Positions 10,982 through 21,147 of a stretch of 64,000 nt of DNA are shown one piece after another (the stretch's first letter is position 1; the number at the start of each line of letters is the position of its first letter). The DNA comes from an uncultured delta proteobacterium. Its GTDB lineage: Bacteria; Myxococcota_A; Polyangia; Haliangiales; Haliangiaceae. The notes under the pieces are model-generated. The model saw only the letters and a program-made list of their open reading frames with translations, had not been told where the DNA came from and searched no databases. The stretch is taken from the NCBI GenBank assembly GCA_963743525.1, contig CAVUQH010000003.1, positions 288,001-352,000 on the forward strand, given 5' to 3'. The translations under genes and the position numbers were made by a program.

Positions 10982-12299
10982 CTACTTGCGGACGTCGTCG
11001 GAGAGCTGCGTGCGGAAGTAGGTGAACACTTCGTTGCGCGCCGCCACCGCGAGCACGGTGCCGGTGCCGTCGAAGGTACCTACCGCCAGGCTGCGGCCGA
11101 AGTTCTGATCGCCCTGCGGGCTGGCGTCGCCCAGCGTGTACTGGGTGCCGAAGTTGCCGTCCGACGGGATGATGTAGGCGCGGCCGGCGTTCTTGGAGCC
11201 GTCCACCGTGATCGCCGTGTCGCCCACGACCAGCTCGTCGGCGCCGTCGCCGTCGAAGTCGCCGGCAGCCAGGGTCTCGCCGAACTTGCCCGAGCCCGAC
11301 GGTCCGTCGATCTCGACCGGCGCGCCCGGGGTGCCGCCGGCGAAGTTGACGTTCATGTAGACGTAGACCTTGTTCGCCGACGGCGCGCTGACGGCGATGT
11401 CGAGACCGTTGCCGCCGTCGAAGTCGGCGACCACGAGCGCGGCGCCGAAGTCGGGCTCGCTGCCCGGCGCGCTGAGCTCGCCCAGCGCGGTGCGGCCGTT
11501 GGCCACGCAGCTCTGGTCGGTCTGGTCGGCAGCCGCCGCGCTGACCGTGGCGCCGTCGAGGACGGTGACGATCGACGGCGCGCCGTCCTGGTTGGCGTTG
11601 CCCATGCTGACGACGATCTCGCTCTCGGCGCTGGCCGAGTCGACGTCGGCCACGGCCACGGCGTAGGCGCGATCTTGCGCCACCGTGCAGGTCTCCACGG
11701 TGCGCGAGTTGGCGTCGAGCTCGTAGGCCGAGACCACGGTGATCTCCTGGCCGCTGGTGGCGATCAGGTTGACCATGCCGCTGTTGTCGGGGTTGTTGAC
11801 CGGACCGAAGCCGAGCGCGTCGACCGCCGAGGTGCCGACCGGAATGCTGCGGAACAGCGACGGGCCTTCGGGCCGGTAGACCAGCACGCGTCCGCTGGTG
11901 CCACCGGCTTCGCCCAGGCCGATGCCGACGGCGCCCTCGGTTGAACATCTCGTCGCCGGCCAGCGGCGGGCGCACGGGCAGCGGATCCGGGTTGGTCGCG
12001 CCGCCGCCGCCTTCGATGCTCTCGCCACCGCCAGTCAGCTTGCCGGCGCTGTCGTACTGGATCATGGCCACGCCGTCGGGGCGCTCGCTGGTGGCGAGGA
12101 ACTTCACGCCGCTGGCGCTGGTGCCGCTGAAGGCGACCCCGGTGCCGTAGTTGCCGGCGTTGAGCGCGCCGGGCGAGGCGCTCGAGCCTGCCCACGCCTG
12201 GTCGGCCAGGTCGTCGAAGGTGCGCCAGTCGCAGGCGCCGGCGGCGAGCGCCAGCGCCGCAGCGCCGACGAGGGACGGAATCGTGCGCAGGGCGTTCAC
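10982..12299 (-). CDS. FG-GAP (integrin-alpha-like) repeat lipoprotein; one apparent frameshift at ~11940-11946
   Basis: Lipobox LAAGAC; FGAALVVADFDG..DIAVSAP and FGETLAAGDFDGDGADELVVG repeats; the two ORF halves join if GTTGAAC is read GTCGAC. Confidence 0.82.
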
Positions 12300-13750
12300 C
12301 AGCTCACCTCCATGCCCAGGCCAGCATAGGTGGGCGAGATCTGCGGCTCGATGGCGACCGCGCGGACGTCGATGGAGCCGGTGGACGGACGGCCCTTGTC
12401 GCGGAAGGTGTAGTAGATCGCGGTCAGCGCGGTGACGCCGGCTAACGCGTAGGCGGCGTCGGCGCCGATGGCGAACAACTTGCCGCGGGTGAACCGCGGG
12501 TCCTTCGAGTCCGGCGGCACCGCGCCCATGTTGTTGTTGATGTCCTTGTCCAGCTCGTTCTGGATGTTCTTGGCCTGCAGCCCCAGGTAGATGCCGCCGC
12601 CGAGGAAGACGCCGGTGAAGACGTAGGCCCAGACCGCGTCAGCGCGCCCCGGCTCCTTGGCCAGCGACGGGCGGAGAATGATCTCGGTCTTGGCCTGGAC
12701 GTCCAGGTTGCGGGTATAGGTCTTGTAGCCCGGGCGCTTGATCTTGACCGTGTGCGAGCCCTCGGGGATCGCCTTGCGACAGGGGCCGCGCTCGCACAGC
12801 ACCTTGCCGTTGACGTAGATGGCGGAGCGGTCGATGCCGGGGCCGCGCAGGTTGAGCCAGCCGACCGGCGTGCCCTCGATCTTGGCGTCAACCGTGTGGG
12901 TTTCGCCGGGGATGATGTTTACGTCGGTCTCGTACTCGTTGTAGCCCTCGGTGGTGACCCAGATCTTGTGCTTGCCCGGCTTGATGTTGCCGCTGTACGG
13001 GGTCTTGGCGAAGACGCCGACCGCCTTGTCGTCGATGTAGATGTTGGCGCCGGGGATGTTCGACTTGATCTCGATCCAGCCCAGGTAGTCCTGCTCGGCC
13101 AGCGAGAAGACCAGCGCGAAGATGGTGTTGGGGTCGGGGGTGAACCGGCGCTCGACCGGCTTGTAGCCCTTCTTCTCGATGTAGATCGTGTGCTCGCCCT
13201 CGAGGGTGCCGTTCCACGGCGTCTTCGACAGCGGCTTGTTCTTCTTGGAGTCGAGGTAGATCAGCGCATTGGCCGGGTCGGACTCGATGACCACCAGGCC
13301 GCGGATCTTGACGTCGCCGAGCGCCTTGACCGCCTCGGACGGCGCGACCTCGGGCTTGGGCGCGTTGGGGTCGGTCGCCGGCGGGGGAGGCGCCGCCTTG
13401 AGCCGCGCGGCTTCCTTCTTGAGCACCTCGATGCGCTTTTGCACCGCGTCCTTGTCGGTCGCCGACGGATCGTCGGAGATGTAGCGGCTGTAGTACTCGA
13501 CCGCCTTGTCGTACTGCTGCAGCTTCTCGTAGCAGGCGCCGATGTTGAACAGGAACTGCGCGAACGGCCGCTCGGCATAGGCGGCGTCGAACTCGGCGGC
13601 GGCGTCGGTGTACTTGCCACCGGCGTACAGCTCTTGCGCCTTGTCGAAGTGCTCGCGGGCCCGCGTCAGCGTGTCGTCGGCGCGTGCCGTGGCGCCGACA
13701 GCGAGCCCCCCGAGCACGATTGAAACAACGAGAAGTAGGCGTAGTTTCAT
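12296..13750 (-). CDS. TPR + multiple PEGA domain protein
   Basis: Signal peptide MKLRLLLVV; TPR (AREHFDKAQELY..LFNIGACYEKL); PEGA repeats IESDPANALIYLD, IKSNIPGANIYID; C-terminal hydrophobic segments. Confidence 0.88.
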   Translation of the reverse strand: MKLRLLLVVSIVLGGLAVGATARADDTLTRAREHFDKAQELYAGGKYTDAAAEFDAAYAERPFAQFLFNIGACYEKLQQYDKAVEYYSRYISDDPSATDKDAVQKRIEVLKKEAARLKAAPPPPATDPNAPKPEVAPSEAVKALGDVKIRGLVVIESDPANALIYLDSKKNKPLSKTPWNGTLEGEHTIYIEKKGYKPVERRFTPDPNTIFALVFSLAEQDYLGWIEIKSNIPGANIYIDDKAVGVFAKTPYSGNIKPGKHKIWVTTEGYNEYETDVNIIPGETHTVDAKIEGTPVGWLNLRGPGIDRSAIYVNGKVLCERGPCRKAIPEGSHTVKIKRPGYKTYTRNLDVQAKTEIILRPSLAKEPGRADAVWAYVFTGVFLGGGIYLGLQAKNIQNELDKDINNNMGAVPPDSKDPRFTRGKLFAIGADAAYALAGVTALTAIYYTFRDKGRPSTGSIDVRAVAIEPQISPTYAGLGMEVSW

Positions 13751-13845
13751 CGAATTCTCCCCAAGCCGAGATGCTAGCCCGAAACTGGCCTCGATGCTAC
13801 AGGTGGGGCCGCTGGCGTGCGTCGCATCCCGGTGACGAGCGACGG

Positions 13846-14532
13846 TCAGTCGACGAACGTGATGTTGCTCGCCAGCGGGTCGCGCCCGGTGCGGCAGGCA
13901 TTGGCCGGCACCGACGGATCTTCGCGGCCGAGGGCGATGCCGAACAGCACCACCTGCTCGTCGGGGATTGCCAGGAGCTGCCGCAGCGGCTGTGGATAGG
14001 CGGCCAGCGCGGCCATGGGGCACAGGTCGATGCCCAGCGTGGCGGCCGCGGTGATCAACACGCCGAGCCAGACGCCGACGTCGAGGGTGGCGTACTCGCC
14101 CAGCCGGCGATCGCGCGTGACCACAGCCACGTGCGGGGCGTCGAACAGCTCGTAGTTGCGCAGCCAGGCGTCGTACCGCCGGGACTTGTCCTGGCGCTCG
14201 ATGCCCATGGCGCCGTACAGCGCGTGACCGCAGGCACGGCGGTGGGCGAGGTACGGCTCGGGATAGTCCATGGGAAACGGCACGTCTGGCCCCGGCAGGC
14301 CGGAGCGCGCGGCTGCCAGCAGCGCCTGGCGAAGCTGCTCGGTGGCCGGCGGCGAGGTGACCCAGACCCGCCACGGCTGGATGTTGCACCACGACGGCGC
14401 CTGTTGCGCGGCGGCGAACAGAGCCTCCAGGCGCGGGCGGGGAATCGGCTCGGGGCGATAGCCGCGCACGCTCTTGCGCTGCTCGAGCGCGGCGAGGACG
14501 GCGCCGTAGGCCGTGGTGGTGTCGCTCGGCAT
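13846..14532 (-). CDS. Nitroreductase family protein
   Basis: RKSVRGY..., APSWCNIQPWRV, FDAPH, DVGVW. Confidence 0.9.
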   Translation of the reverse strand: MPSDTTTAYGAVLAALEQRKSVRGYRPEPIPRPRLEALFAAAQQAPSWCNIQPWRVWVTSPPATEQLRQALLAAARSGLPGPDVPFPMDYPEPYLAHRRACGHALYGAMGIERQDKSRRYDAWLRNYELFDAPHVAVVTRDRRLGEYATLDVGVWLGVLITAAATLGIDLCPMAALAAYPQPLRQLLAIPDEQVVLFGIALGREDPSVPANACRTGRDPLASNITFVD

Positions 14533-14537
14533 CTCGT

Positions 14538-14834
14538 TCACTTGCTGCGGCCCAGCTCGCGCAGCCGGGCCAGCCGATAGATGCCGGTGCTGTGGCCGTC
14601 GGAGAAATGGACTCCCAGGCCGTAGTTGCCGACGAACGCCATGTGCGTGACCGTGAGGTCGTCGGGGACGGTGGCCGGATCGAGGAGTCGCTCGCCGGTG
14701 GCCTCGGACTGGCACATGGCGCAGACGCAGGCCAGGCGCAGCTCGCGCGCGGTCCACACGTCCTCGTCTCCCTCGTCCCAGACGATCCGGACCTCGGGTT
14801 TTCCCAGACCGACGATCTCGAGCGGCAGTGGCAT
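14538..14834 (-). CDS. DUF971 / gamma-butyrobetaine hydroxylase N-terminal-like Zn-binding protein
   Basis: [27 protein letters not shown]. Confidence 0.88.
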   Translation of the reverse strand: MPLPLEIVGLGKPEVRIVWDEGDEDVWTARELRLACVCAMCQSEATGERLLDPATVPDDLTVTHMAFVGNYGLGVHFSDGHSTGIYRLARLRELGRSK

Positions 14835-16132
14835 GGGCGTACTATAAACGACCCTTGCCCCGCCGCCCGCCAGTCCCCAAGCAGCGCCGCGCGCTGACCA
14901 CCGTTCGCAACCGCGGCCGGATCGAGCGCGGCGGATCCGCCGCCGATGCCGACGCGCTGGCCCGGGCGCTGCGCGCGCCCGCCGACGAGCCGGAGGTCGC
15001 CGACAGCCTGACCCACCCGGTGCACACCTATCCGGCGCGCATGGATCCGGCGACGGCCCGGGCGCTGCTCGAGCTGGTCTGCGAGCCGGGGCGGACGGTG
15101 CTGGACCCGTTCTGCGGCGGCGGCACGGTGCTGGTCGAGGGCCGCTACATGGGCGCGCTGGCGATGGGCGTCGACATCAACCCGCTGGCGGTGGCGATTG
15201 CTCGGGCCAAGGTGTGGACGCCGGCGGCGGCGCGCCGGCGCACGTTGCTCGAGACCGCGCGCAGCATCAGCGGGGCGACGCTGGCCGAGGGCAAGGCGGC
15301 GCGGCGAGCCGGCCACAGCGAACGGCCGCACCGGGGACCGCGCGGCGACGCCGGGGCTGCGCGCGACCGCGCGATCGGCGAATGGTTCGCGCCCCACGTC
15401 CGCCGCGAGATCGAGTTCCTGGCCGGCGCCGTCAACGACGTGCGCGAGCGCGACCCGGAGCTGGGCGACGTGCTGACGGTGCTGCTGTCGTCGATCCTGT
15501 ACAAGGTGTCGAAGCGGACGTCGGACACGGATCCGCGGCCGACGCAGCGCAACGTCGCGCGCGGCGCGGCGGCGCGGCTGTTTCGCGGACGTGCGGAGCT
15601 GCTGTGCGCCGGGCTCGACGAGCTGGCGGCGGTGCGCGGGCCCGACGCGCAGGTGCGGGTCGGCGATGCGCGCAAGCTGGGCGAGGTCGGCGTCGATCGG
15701 GAGACGGTGGATGCGGTGGTGACGTCGCCGCCGTACGCGGGGACCTATGACTACGCCGACCAGCATCAGCTGAGGCTCGACTTCTTCGGCATGCCGGGCG
15801 CGTCGTTCCGCAGCGGTGAGCTGGGCGCGCGGCGGCGGTTCCAGGGCGACCGCGATCGCGCGCTGGCGGTCTGGGAGGGCGACCTGGGCGCGGCGCTGGG
15901 GCAGATCGCGCGGGCGCTGCGGGTGGGCGGGCGCGCGTGTGTGTTGCTCGGCGACTCGGTGGCCGGCGGCGGCGCCGTGTACGCCGACGACACGCTGGCG
16001 GCGGTGCTGCCGGAGGATCTATCGGTGGTCGCGTGGGCGTCGCAGGAGCGGCAGGTCTACGGAGCGGCCGAGCGGCGGGAGTTCGCGGAGCGGCCGAAGC
16101 GGGAGCACGTGTTCCTGCTCGAGCGGGTGTGA
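14828..16132 (+). CDS. Orphan DNA amino-methyltransferase (N4-cytosine/N6-adenine type), start uncertain
   Basis: [11 protein letters not shown] (motif X-like), [10 protein letters not shown] (motif I), VVTSPPY (motif IV). Confidence 0.82.
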   Translation: MAWAYYKRPLPRRPPVPKQRRALTTVRNRGRIERGGSAADADALARALRAPADEPEVADSLTHPVHTYPARMDPATARALLELVCEPGRTVLDPFCGGGTVLVEGRYMGALAMGVDINPLAVAIARAKVWTPAAARRRTLLETARSISGATLAEGKAARRAGHSERPHRGPRGDAGAARDRAIGEWFAPHVRREIEFLAGAVNDVRERDPELGDVLTVLLSSILYKVSKRTSDTDPRPTQRNVARGAAARLFRGRAELLCAGLDELAAVRGPDAQVRVGDARKLGEVGVDRETVDAVVTSPPYAGTYDYADQHQLRLDFFGMPGASFRSGELGARRRFQGDRDRALAVWEGDLGAALGQIARALRVGGRACVLLGDSVAGGGAVYADDTLAAVLPEDLSVVAWASQERQVYGAAERREFAERPKREHVFLLERV

Positions 16133-16135
16133 GCA

Positions 16136-16653
<518 letters not shown>

Positions 16654-16720
16654 CCGGGGTTGTGGCTCCCTGCCCTGTGGTAGTGGGCGGAGCGGGCTCT
16701 CGCTCGTGAGTTTCGATCGT

Positions 16721-16800
16721 CGCCCGGTGCTCGGCGGGGTCAAGGGTTCGCGCGCTTCGCGCGCCGCTTCGCGCCCTTGACCCCGCCTGCGCTCCGGGCG
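16721..16800. other. Long stem-loop upstream of four-helix-bundle gene
   Basis: GGCGGGGTCAAGGG (16733-16746) pairs with CCCTTGACCCCGCC (16774-16787); outer CGCCCGG/CCGGGCG; inner GCGCGC-TTC-GCGCGC. Confidence 0.8.
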
Positions 16801-16837
16801 GTGAGGGGGGCCTCACTTTCGAGAGGAGCTGGAGACC

Positions 16838-17155
16838 ATGTTGAGGATTCATCCGGTTTGTATCGAGTTGGTTCGCGACGTCAGGCCGTTGGCGTTGCAG
16901 ATCGAGAAGTACGACAAGGACCAGGCTCGGCAGTTGAGGCGATCGGCGACGTCGATCGTGCTCAATTTGGCGGAGGGCGAAGGGAGTCGGGGTGGGACGC
17001 GGCGGGTGCGTTATGACAGCGCGCTGGGATCGACGCGGGAGACGCTGGCGAATTTGCATGTCGCCGAGGCGCTGGGCTACGTCGAGGCGTTGGATGCGGG
17101 GATGCTGGATCGCTTCGATCGCGTGATCGCCACGCTGGTCGTGCTGATCCGGTGA
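16838..17155 (+). CDS. Four-helix-bundle protein (23S rRNA IVP / Avd-like superfamily)
   Basis: 105 aa; DQARQLRRSATSIVLNLAEG..YDSALGSTRETLANL..AEALGYV signature; GGAG RBS. Confidence 0.85.
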   Translation: MLRIHPVCIELVRDVRPLALQIEKYDKDQARQLRRSATSIVLNLAEGEGSRGGTRRVRYDSALGSTRETLANLHVAEALGYVEALDAGMLDRFDRVIATLVVLIR

Positions 17156-17164
17156 GACTGGCTG

Positions 17165-17187
17165 GGGCGGGGCTTCGGCCTCGCCCT
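17165..17187. terminator. GC stem with cUUCGg tetraloop between convergent genes
   Basis: GGGCGGGGC-TTCG-GCCTCGCCC; no U-tract, so terminator role uncertain. Confidence 0.45.
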
Positions 17188-17188
17188 G

Positions 17189-18325
17189 CTACTCGACTCG
17201 CGCTGTCGCTTTGGACTGCTGGATCAGCCGGACGTAGGCGTCCGAGGCCTTTTGCGACAGCTCGATCAGCTCGTCGCACAGCGGCTCGTGGAGCGGCTCG
17301 CCGTCGAAGCCGTGGACGTAGAACAGGTTGACCACGCGCTGCCTGACCGAGATGGGGATGACCATCAGCTCTTGCGGGTCGGCGTCGACCTCGAGGGCGC
17401 GCCACAGCTGGCGCTCGACCGGCATGCCGGCCGACGGTGATGTGCCGCGGAACGGCTCGTTGGTGTCGTGGGCCGACTGCAGCGCGGAGATGCCGCCGAG
17501 CGGCAGGCTGATCTGATCGACTTCGACGCGCACCGGGCGGGCCGAATAGAGGCGCCAGCCCATGGCGTTGTGGTCGCGGAGGATGAACAGCACCGCGGCC
17601 TCGAAGCGGCCGACGGCGTAGCCGATCAGGGCTTCGGCGATCTGATCGCGGTGGGTGGCGGCGTCGATCGCATCGCTGGCCTGGCGATAGGTGACGCGCG
17701 GATCGGGCCGGTCGATTCCGCTGCGGGCGCCGCTGTGGCCGGGTTCGGTGGAGGCGCGCTTCTTCTTGCGCTTGGGCTCGAAGCGGACTGTCGGCGGCAG
17801 CTGGATGCCGCCGGCCGGTTGGCTGCGCCGGCGCTCGTCGACATCCTCCGGCGCCGTCTGCCGGGTGCCGGTGCGGACGAAACGGGCCTTGCGGGTGATG
17901 CCGTAGTGCCGCTCCAGGTAGTAGTAGAGCCGCAGCTCGGGCGCGATGTACGCGGCGATGCCGCAGTCGCACAGCTCGGTCAGGTGGGCGATCGACCCGT
18001 CGTCACGCGGGTCGGCGAACGCCACTGCCAGCGTGCCCGGATCGTTGGGCTCGTAGCGCAGCGGGAAGGCGGTGTAGAGGCCGGCCAGCTCGGCGCCGAA
18101 CGAGGCGATCAGCGGCGGGGTGACCTCTTCGAACATCTCTCTGGTCGCCAGCGGCATGCCCACGACTTGCGCCAGGTAGCTGCCCAGGGTCTCCATGTCG
18201 ATGAAGTCGAGCTCGACCAGATTGGTGCCCAGCCGGCCGCCGTACAGGACCTGCGCCCGCAGTGCTGCTTCCAGCTGCGCCAGCGAGATCACCGCATCGC
18301 GGAGAAGTAGGGTCCCCAGCTTCAT
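17189..18325 (-). CDS. T2SSE_N / MshEN-like domain protein with C-terminal GAF-like region, no ATPase
   Basis: KLGTLLLRDAVISLAQLEAALRAQ..GGRLGTNLVEL; LAVAFADP..YIAPELRLYYYLERHYG. Confidence 0.75.
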   Translation of the reverse strand: MKLGTLLLRDAVISLAQLEAALRAQVLYGGRLGTNLVELDFIDMETLGSYLAQVVGMPLATREMFEEVTPPLIASFGAELAGLYTAFPLRYEPNDPGTLAVAFADPRDDGSIAHLTELCDCGIAAYIAPELRLYYYLERHYGITRKARFVRTGTRQTAPEDVDERRRSQPAGGIQLPPTVRFEPKRKKKRASTEPGHSGARSGIDRPDPRVTYRQASDAIDAATHRDQIAEALIGYAVGRFEAAVLFILRDHNAMGWRLYSARPVRVEVDQISLPLGGISALQSAHDTNEPFRGTSPSAGMPVERQLWRALEVDADPQELMVIPISVRQRVVNLFYVHGFDGEPLHEPLCDELIELSQKASDAYVRLIQQSKATARVE

Positions 18326-18377
18326 CTACCACCCTGCGGTTCGATCTTATCCCAACTCGCGCTACCGTTGAAAAATC

Positions 18378-18836
18378 GTGACCTGTCAGCGCCGATTCGC
18401 GGCTGTGAGCGCGCTCGTCGCCGTATCGATGGTGGCGTGTGCCGGCGATCGTCCGGCGCGAGCGCCGTTGCCACCGCCACCGCCGGTGATCGACGCCGGG
18501 ATCCCGGATGCCGCGCCGCCCGATGCCGCGCCGCCGATCGGAGAAGCGTATGCGCGCGAGCTGCTGGGCGCGCGGTTTCGCGCCGCCGGCCTGCGCATCC
18601 TCGCCGATCGCCGGGTCAGTGGCGACGGCTACGAGGTCACGCTGGACGGCTGGGATCCGGCGCGGCGGATCGGCTACGAGTACGTCGCCGCGGGCGAGGT
18701 GGACACCGATCTCGATGCCACCGAGCGGGTTGCGATGGCCGCCGACAGCACGCTGCACGTGCTGGTGGTCGATGCTACGACGGCCGCCGGCGTCGCCGCG
18801 GCCGCCGATCAGTTCCTCGCCGGGGTCGAGCCGTAG
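18378..18836 (+). CDS. Hypothetical lipoprotein
   Basis: Lipobox-like SMVAC, PDAAPP linker, small globular domain; overlaps queC 3' end. Confidence 0.55.
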   Translation: MTCQRRFAAVSALVAVSMVACAGDRPARAPLPPPPPVIDAGIPDAAPPDAAPPIGEAYARELLGARFRAAGLRILADRRVSGDGYEVTLDGWDPARRIGYEYVAAGEVDTDLDATERVAMAADSTLHVLVVDATTAAGVAAAADQFLAGVEP

Positions 18837-19523
18837 CGGGTCGGATCGGCGACGCCGGCCTCGGCGAAGCCTTTCCTGCGCAGCAGGCAGGCGTCGCAGC
18901 GGCCGCACGCCTTGCCGTCGACCGGGTCGTAGCAGCTGTGGGTCATGGCGTAGTCGACGCCCAGCTTCATGCCCGCGCGGATGATGTCGGCCTTGGTCAT
19001 CTCGATCAGCGGCGCGTGCACGGTGATCTTCTCGCCCTGCACGCCGGCGCGAGTGGCGACGTTGGCCAGGGCCTCGAAGGCGCTGACGAACGCCGGCCGG
19101 CAGTCGGGGTAACCGGAGGCGTCGAGCACGTTGACGCCGACGAACAGATCGCGGGCGCCCAGGGTCTCGGCCCACGCCAGCGCCAGCGACAAGAGCACGG
19201 TGTTGCGCGCCGGGACGTAGGTTGAACGGCACGTCGCCTTCGGCGCCGATCTCGTCCATCGGTCGATCCTTGGGCACGGCGATCTCCGGCGAGGTCAGCG
19301 CGCTGGCGGCGAGCGGCGCCAGATCGAGCGCCAGCACCCGGTGCTCGGTCGCGCCCAGGGCGTTGGCGACGCGGGTGGCGGCGTCGATCTCGACCTGGTG
19401 GAGCTGGCCGTAGCGGACGGTCAGCGCGTGGCAGACGAAGCCGCGGTCCCTGGCCATGGCCAGAGTCGTGGTCGAGTCGAGGCCGCCCGACAGGAGGACG
19501 ACCGCGTGGCGCGCGTCGGTCAT
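18809..19523 (-). CDS. queC: 7-cyano-7-deazaguanine synthase QueC; one apparent frameshift at ~19221-19227
   Basis: [12 protein letters not shown], (ST)[33 protein letters not shown]; frames join if GTTGAAC is read GTCGAC. Confidence 0.95.
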
Positions 19524-19566
19524 GGGCGCCGTGTAGCACGCCCGCGCCCGCCGGTGTAGCCTGCCG

Positions 19567-21117
19567 GTGATGCGGGCCCGCCTGGAGTCGCTCGTGCGCA
19601 GCCCGCGGGCCGCCGGCGCCGCGGCGCTGGCCATCGCGCTGGGCCTGGTCGTCTGGGCCGCGGTGACGCGCGCCCGGTTCCTGTTCGCCTCGCCGTATCC
19701 GCTGGGGATCGACGGCTACTTCTATCCGATTCAGCTGCGCGCGCTGCTCGCCGGCGGACATCTCTACTACCCGTCGTCGCCGCTGGTGCTGTGGCTGATG
19801 GCGCCGCTGGCGGCGGTCACCGATCCGATCTCGGGGGCCAAGCTCGGCGCCGCCGCTGGCACCGCGGCGGTGGCGCTGCCGATCTATCTGGTCGGCCGCC
19901 GGGTCAGCGGCGACCGCGCGATCGGCGTGCTCGCCGCGGTGCTGGCGGCGACCAGCGCGTCGTCGTTCTATCTGTCGGTCGAGTTCGTCAAGAGCGGCAT
20001 CGGCATGACCTTTGCGGCCGTCTTCCTGGCGTTGCTCGGCAGCGCGGTGGCGCGGCCGACCGGCGCGCGCATCGCCGCCGCAGTGCTGGGGCTGGCCGCC
20101 GCCTTCGCCGCCCACAAGCTGGCCGGTGCGCTGGCGCTGATGGCGACGCCGGCGCCGCTTTGGGTCGCGTGGCGCGATCGCGGTGGGCGCCTGTCGGATC
20201 GGCGCGTTCGCGTGGCGCTGATCGCCATCGGCGTCGCGGTCGCCGCCATCGTCGCCGCCGGTCTGCTGGCGCCGGCGCGCTTCCCCGGCCTGCGCGACGC
20301 CGCGCTCCTCGGCGATCTGTTCACCGGCTCGCCCGACTTCACCATCCCCGCCCTCGACCTCGGCCGCGGCCCGGCGCTGCGCTTCGGCCTGGAGGCGCCG
20401 ATCGCCGGCGCCCTGGCGCTGGCCGCGATCGGGCTGCTGGTCGCCGGCCGCCGCTGGCCGGCGATCAACGGTGAGCTGCCGGCCCGCGATCGGGCCCTGG
20501 TCGTCGGCCCGGCGGCGTTCGCGCTGCTGGCCGCCTGCCCGTGGCTCGACGCCGCCGATCCGCAGGGGCTGGCCTTTCGCCTGCGCGTGGTGCTGTTCGT
20601 ACCGCTGGCGATCTGCGCCGCCTTCGTCGCCGGTCGGGCCCTGGCCCGGTCGACGCCGCTGGTCCGCGGCGCGCTGGTCATCGGCTTTGCCGCCGGCTGG
20701 ATCGTCTCGCGCCCGCCGACCAGCAGCGAGGGGACGGTGACCGAGCAGCCGCACATGGTCGCCTCGATGATGGCCGCGCGCGGCGTGGTTCCCGACGGCG
20801 ACGTCGTCGTCTGCCCGCAGCGGTCGCTGGTGTTCATGTACACCTGGTACACGGGCCAGCCGGCGCGGACGCGGCCGGAGCCGGTGCCCCGCGATCGCCG
20901 CTGGCGGCTGTTGCCCAGCCGGCTGATCCACCGCGAGCTCTCCGCCGCCCTCGACCGCATGCGCGCCGAGCGACCGCCCGGCCTGATGCTGCCCCGCGGC
21001 CTGCACCCGCGCCACCGCAACGGCGTGGTCCTGGTCCCCGAGGCGTCGTGGGACTGGCTGATGGCCCACGTCTCGCCGCCGGTGCGGGACATCTACCAGC
21101 GCTGGCCGACGATCTGA
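19567..21117 (+). CDS. Polytopic membrane protein (possible GT-C-like glycosyltransferase)
   Basis: N-terminal TM then GIDGYFY loop, many TM helices, soluble C-terminal domain. Confidence 0.5.
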   Translation: MMRARLESLVRSPRAAGAAALAIALGLVVWAAVTRARFLFASPYPLGIDGYFYPIQLRALLAGGHLYYPSSPLVLWLMAPLAAVTDPISGAKLGAAAGTAAVALPIYLVGRRVSGDRAIGVLAAVLAATSASSFYLSVEFVKSGIGMTFAAVFLALLGSAVARPTGARIAAAVLGLAAAFAAHKLAGALALMATPAPLWVAWRDRGGRLSDRRVRVALIAIGVAVAAIVAAGLLAPARFPGLRDAALLGDLFTGSPDFTIPALDLGRGPALRFGLEAPIAGALALAAIGLLVAGRRWPAINGELPARDRALVVGPAAFALLAACPWLDAADPQGLAFRLRVVLFVPLAICAAFVAGRALARSTPLVRGALVIGFAAGWIVSRPPTSSEGTVTEQPHMVASMMAARGVVPDGDVVVCPQRSLVFMYTWYTGQPARTRPEPVPRDRRWRLLPSRLIHRELSAALDRMRAERPPGLMLPRGLHPRHRNGVVLVPEASWDWLMAHVSPPVRDIYQRWPTI

Positions 21118-21147
21118 TCGCGCCCGGCCGTGTTAGCGTGCGGCGCG

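Noticed and set aside
16838..17155. Diversity-generating retroelement (Avd-like gene)
   Set aside because: No reverse transcriptase; the only long repeat pair is intergenic and its differences are not confined to adenines.
18809..19523. queC (and FG-GAP, M16, dppB-like, FHA genes) as pseudogenes or programmed frameshifts
   Set aside because: Each has a single lesion in an otherwise intact gene at a shared GTCGAC-like context with no slippery run; sequencing error is more parsimonious.
18809..19523. queC as part of a defence or DNA-modification island (Qat/Dpd-like)
   Set aside because: Canonical length and motifs; no partner genes nearby.
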